This document shows, piece by piece, positions 61,362 through 64,000 of a stretch of 64,000 nt of DNA. Source of the DNA: Gemmatimonadota bacterium (GTDB lineage Bacteria > Gemmatimonadota > Gemmatimonadetes > Gemmatimonadales > GWC2-71-9); contig JAZDCZ010000289.1 of NCBI GenBank assembly GCA_036679605.1, forward strand, positions 64,001-128,000, in the 5' to 3' direction. The translations under genes were made by a program, and so were the position numbers. Each line of letters opens with the position of its first letter. Within the stretch, counting starts at the first letter, position 1. A model generated the notes under the pieces. The model searched no databases. It saw nothing but the letters and a program-made list of their open reading frames with translations, and was not told the DNA's origin.

Positions 61362-61556
61362 ACGGTCTGCTAGTGGATGATAACCCTGACATCAAGCAGC
61401 GGTTCCAGCAAGTCAACTGCAGTGGGGCAAATAGCCGACGAGATCCGGCAAAGCTTCGGCACCACTAATCGATGAACTCAAACCGACCCTCGCATCCCAA
61501 AGTCTACGGGTGGGATATCGCCTCACCGTCCATGTATGGGATTATGCCTGCACCGG

Positions 61557-61916
61557 TTAATCCGTCGACCGCTCCACGAGCCAGACCATCTCCTGTGTTA
61601 GCCGTGCCCCACGCGTGCACAAGCGGGTCCACTCGGCCTCGGTATAGATCAGGATATCTGCCGGCACGGGTAGTTCGGCCAGATCCCACTCGACCGCCCG
61701 CCGGATGAACGGCGTCACCGATTCCCGGACGACCGCCACGAAATCGAGATCGCTCCCGACCCCGGCGTCGCCGCGGGCATAGGAACCAAACAAACCGAGC
61801 CGCAGCAGCTCAGGGCGCTCGCGCATCTGACGCCGTGCCCAGCGCCGCGCCGCTGTCCCTACTGCCGACGCGTCAGGCCATCTGAGTATGAACGAACTCG
61901 ATGATTTCACTGGCAT
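61557..61916 (-). CDS. Minimal nucleotidyltransferase (MNT) antitoxin
   Basis: FGSYARGD..GSDLD. Confidence 0.9.
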   Translation of the reverse strand: MPVKSSSSFILRWPDASAVGTAARRWARRQMRERPELLRLGLFGSYARGDAGVGSDLDFVAVVRESVTPFIRRAVEWDLAELPVPADILIYTEAEWTRLCTRGARLTQEMVWLVERSTD

Positions 61917-62256
61917 ATGCGATCGCTTCTCGGCTCTGCAGCTCTCCGTAGTGCTCGAACGGCGCACCCTCTGGATGCCCATTGGGATACCGGGTGGGCA
62001 CATACCCGGCGTCTAGCACGCGCGCCTTGTCCACGAGGGCGCCGTCCACCTCGAGCGGCAGCTCTGTAAGTAGCCGGGCCACGACATGTCCCCAGGCCTC
62101 TTGTCCGCGCGCGAGATGCAGCGCCTTCACGGCCTTCTCGGCTGCTTGGTGCGCCGCAAAGCACGCCCACTCGTGCCGACCGTCTCGCTGTGACGCCTGC
62201 GCCTGTTCGAGATCGCGCTTCGCTTGCGCGAACCAGTCCTGTGATCGGTTCGGCAC
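61873..62256 (-). CDS. HEPN domain protein
   Basis: WACFAAHQAAEKAVKA, WGH, YVPTRYP. AGGAGG RBS before GTG. Confidence 0.9.
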   Translation of the reverse strand: MPNRSQDWFAQAKRDLEQAQASQRDGRHEWACFAAHQAAEKAVKALHLARGQEAWGHVVARLLTELPLEVDGALVDKARVLDAGYVPTRYPNGHPEGAPFEHYGELQSREAIAYASEIIEFVHTQMA

Positions 62257-62294
62257 GAGTCCTCCTGGTCCCCTCGCAGCCATAAAGTCGACAT

Positions 62295-62415
62295 TCAAGT
62301 TACGACCAAGGCGGTGCCGGTGTCCACGACGAACACCATTAAGACTCTTCCATCATCCTATAGAGCGCGTCCCGGTCAGCCAGATCCACCCTGGGTTTGC
62401 CCATGGAATGCACGG
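62295..62415 (-). pseudogene. Remnant of a vapBC pair (antitoxin tail plus PIN toxin N-terminus)
   Basis: ..MGKPRVDLADRDALYRMMEES* overlaps (TAATG) with MVFVVDT..* (62339-62295). Confidence 0.6.
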
Positions 62416-63550
62416 GTGACGAGTGCAGCCGCTTCAAGAATTCCTCTGCGGGTATGCACCAGATGCCATCGATCCGGAGCCTGTCCTTGCCGCGGTAGAG
62501 TAGGACCGGCTCGCATTCAGGGTACTCGTTTGCGAGACTGCGCAGCCCGCGCAGGTCTCTGTTCCGGACCACGGCAGTGTTCTTGACTTCGACGGCCCAG
62601 AAACCGCTGTCCCCGTAGATCACGAAGTCTACCTCCGTGCCGGCGCGGGTTCGCCAGAAGTACAGCTCGCTGCGGGTGCCGGAGTAGGCGATCCATGCTC
62701 TCAGATGTTGCGCTACCAACCCCTCCAATGCGCTGCCGGCGATCTCTTCCGGATTGTCCAGCGGACCGCTGGGCCGGAGCGAACGATACACTCCGGCATC
62801 GAAGTAATAGAACTTGGGATGGACCGTGGTTTTGCGCGCCGCGCGCTTTGTGAACACCGGTACTCTGAAGCCCAGCAGCAGGTCCTCCAGGACTTCCAAG
62901 TATCCCTGTACGGTGCGGCGCCCAACCTGACACTCACGTGCCACGTTGCTCAAGTTCAAGACGGCGCCGTGTGAGAAGCTCAAAGCTTCGAGAAACCGTG
63001 CGAACGCGCCGAGGCTTCGCGCCAAGCCTTCCCGTTGGACCTCTTCCTCGAGATAGAGGGATACATATGCGCTCAGCACATCGGCCGGGTCCTTTGCATC
63101 GACCACGAGCGGTAGCAATCCCGTTTCGAGTGCGTTCTCCAGATTGAACCCGGGTAACTCGGCCGCCATGAACGGATGTAGGGTACGCATGACAGCTCTT
63201 CCCGCGAGCAGATCCACTCCTCCGCGACGGAGTTTGCGGGCGCTCGACCCGGTCAACACGAACCGCCTGCCGCTCTGTTGCTCGATCAGGTCGTGGACGA
63301 CGTTCAGAAGTTCCGGTATTCGCTGCACCTCATCTATCACCACGGTGTGACTTCCAGGGGATCCGGCAACCAGCTCCGACAGCCGCTCCGGTCGCGCGCT
63401 TAGCCGCCGGAACACGTCGGGTTTGAGTAGATCGACAAACAACGCGCCGGGGCACTGCGACCTGAGCCAGGTTGACTTCCCGGTGCCGCGCGGGCCGAAC
63501 AGAAAGAAGCTCTGCTGGGGAAGGACGAAAAATCGAGGCACTAATGCCAT
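62339..63550 (-). CDS. AAA_14 / DUF4143 ATPase with a C-terminal PD-(D/E)XK-like domain
   Basis: GPRGTGKS, IDEVQ, LTGSS, KFYYFDAG, EVDFV..VEVK. Confidence 0.9.
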   Translation of the reverse strand: MALVPRFFVLPQQSFFLFGPRGTGKSTWLRSQCPGALFVDLLKPDVFRRLSARPERLSELVAGSPGSHTVVIDEVQRIPELLNVVHDLIEQQSGRRFVLTGSSARKLRRGGVDLLAGRAVMRTLHPFMAAELPGFNLENALETGLLPLVVDAKDPADVLSAYVSLYLEEEVQREGLARSLGAFARFLEALSFSHGAVLNLSNVARECQVGRRTVQGYLEVLEDLLLGFRVPVFTKRAARKTTVHPKFYYFDAGVYRSLRPSGPLDNPEEIAGSALEGLVAQHLRAWIAYSGTRSELYFWRTRAGTEVDFVIYGDSGFWAVEVKNTAVVRNRDLRGLRSLANEYPECEPVLLYRGKDRLRIDGIWCIPAEEFLKRLHSSPVHSMGKPRVDLADRDALYRMMEES

Positions 63551-63677
63551 AATTAGACTCAAAATGGCGTATGCGATGCTGAAAATCAAGTTATCTGTGG
63601 TAGGTCCCGGCCGAGTTCGCCATTCGCGGGCGACAGCGAGTTCAAGGTGCTGTGGCATAACGTCAAACTATGGAAGC

Positions 63678-63711
63678 ATTATACTATAGTATACTACTAC
63701 TATAGTATAAT
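63678..63711. promoter_or_regulatory. AT-rich nested palindrome (operator-like)
   Basis: ATTATACTATAGTA-TACTAC-TACTATAGTATAAT: 14-bp perfect arms, each containing TACTATAGTA. Confidence 0.7.
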
Positions 63712-63746
63712 ATCTCCATAAATGTGGCAGGCATCGCGCGGAGAAC

Positions 63747-64000
63747 ATGAGAGAGATCGTCGATCGTGAACAGGAGATCCGAGAACTCAAGGGGCTCGCT
63801 GACGCCGGGGCACCCAAGCTCGCTCTCCTGTATGGCCGACGGCGTGTCGGCAAGACGTTCCTGTTGACCAGGATCTGGTCGCCGGAGCGGGTGTTCTACT
63901 TCACCGCTTCTGCGACCACGCCGGAACAGAATCGCCGACATCTCGTCGGGGAGGCCGCTCGGTGGGCCGGCGTCGAACTGGAACCGCATGACTATCCCAC
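63747..64000 (+). CDS. Archaeal-type AAA ATPase (ATPase_2 family), 5' part, runs off the window
   Basis: MREIVDREQEIREL...LYGRRRVGKT after a GGAG RBS. Confidence 0.88.
   Translation, partial: MREIVDREQEIRELKGLADAGAPKLALLYGRRRVGKTFLLTRIWSPERVFYFTASATTPEQNRRHLVGEAARWAGVELEPHDYP

Noticed and set aside
63600..63665. GCATAAC resembling an integron attC core site
   Set aside because: No matching GTTRRRY partner or attC stem, and no integrase or cassette array in the window
1..64000. CRISPR arrays, rRNA genes, transposases or integrases
   Set aside because: None seen. There are no regularly spaced repeats or recombinase motifs.

Overview
This 64-kb window of moderately GC-rich bacterial chromosome has a gene content resembling Gemmatimonadota (an inference from gene families, not a database result). 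It opens with a cluster of DnaA-box-like motifs, followed by a densely base-paired ~430-nt non-coding region with its own promoter and intrinsic terminator. This candidate large ncRNA matches no class I recognise. Next is a regulatory locus where an unannotated 51-aa lipoprotein-type peptide gene lies between an AraC-family regulator (with 21-bp-spaced direct repeats) and a convergent TPR protein, a candidate peptide-signalling system. Core genes include mqnD, glnA, an EF-G2, thyA-folA, rnhA, hbd, a thiolase and several two-component genes. tRNA-Cys has a duplicated 3' end next to a three-gene TIGR04255 module. A tryptophan/anthranilate degradation cluster (kynA, kynU, abmA, two CoA ligases) lacks kynB but includes a creatininase-family amidohydrolase. 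The right end is an accessory patch with HEPN/MNT, two AAA ATPases and a decayed vapBC. Several genes are truncated, internally deleted or appear to need non-AUG starts.
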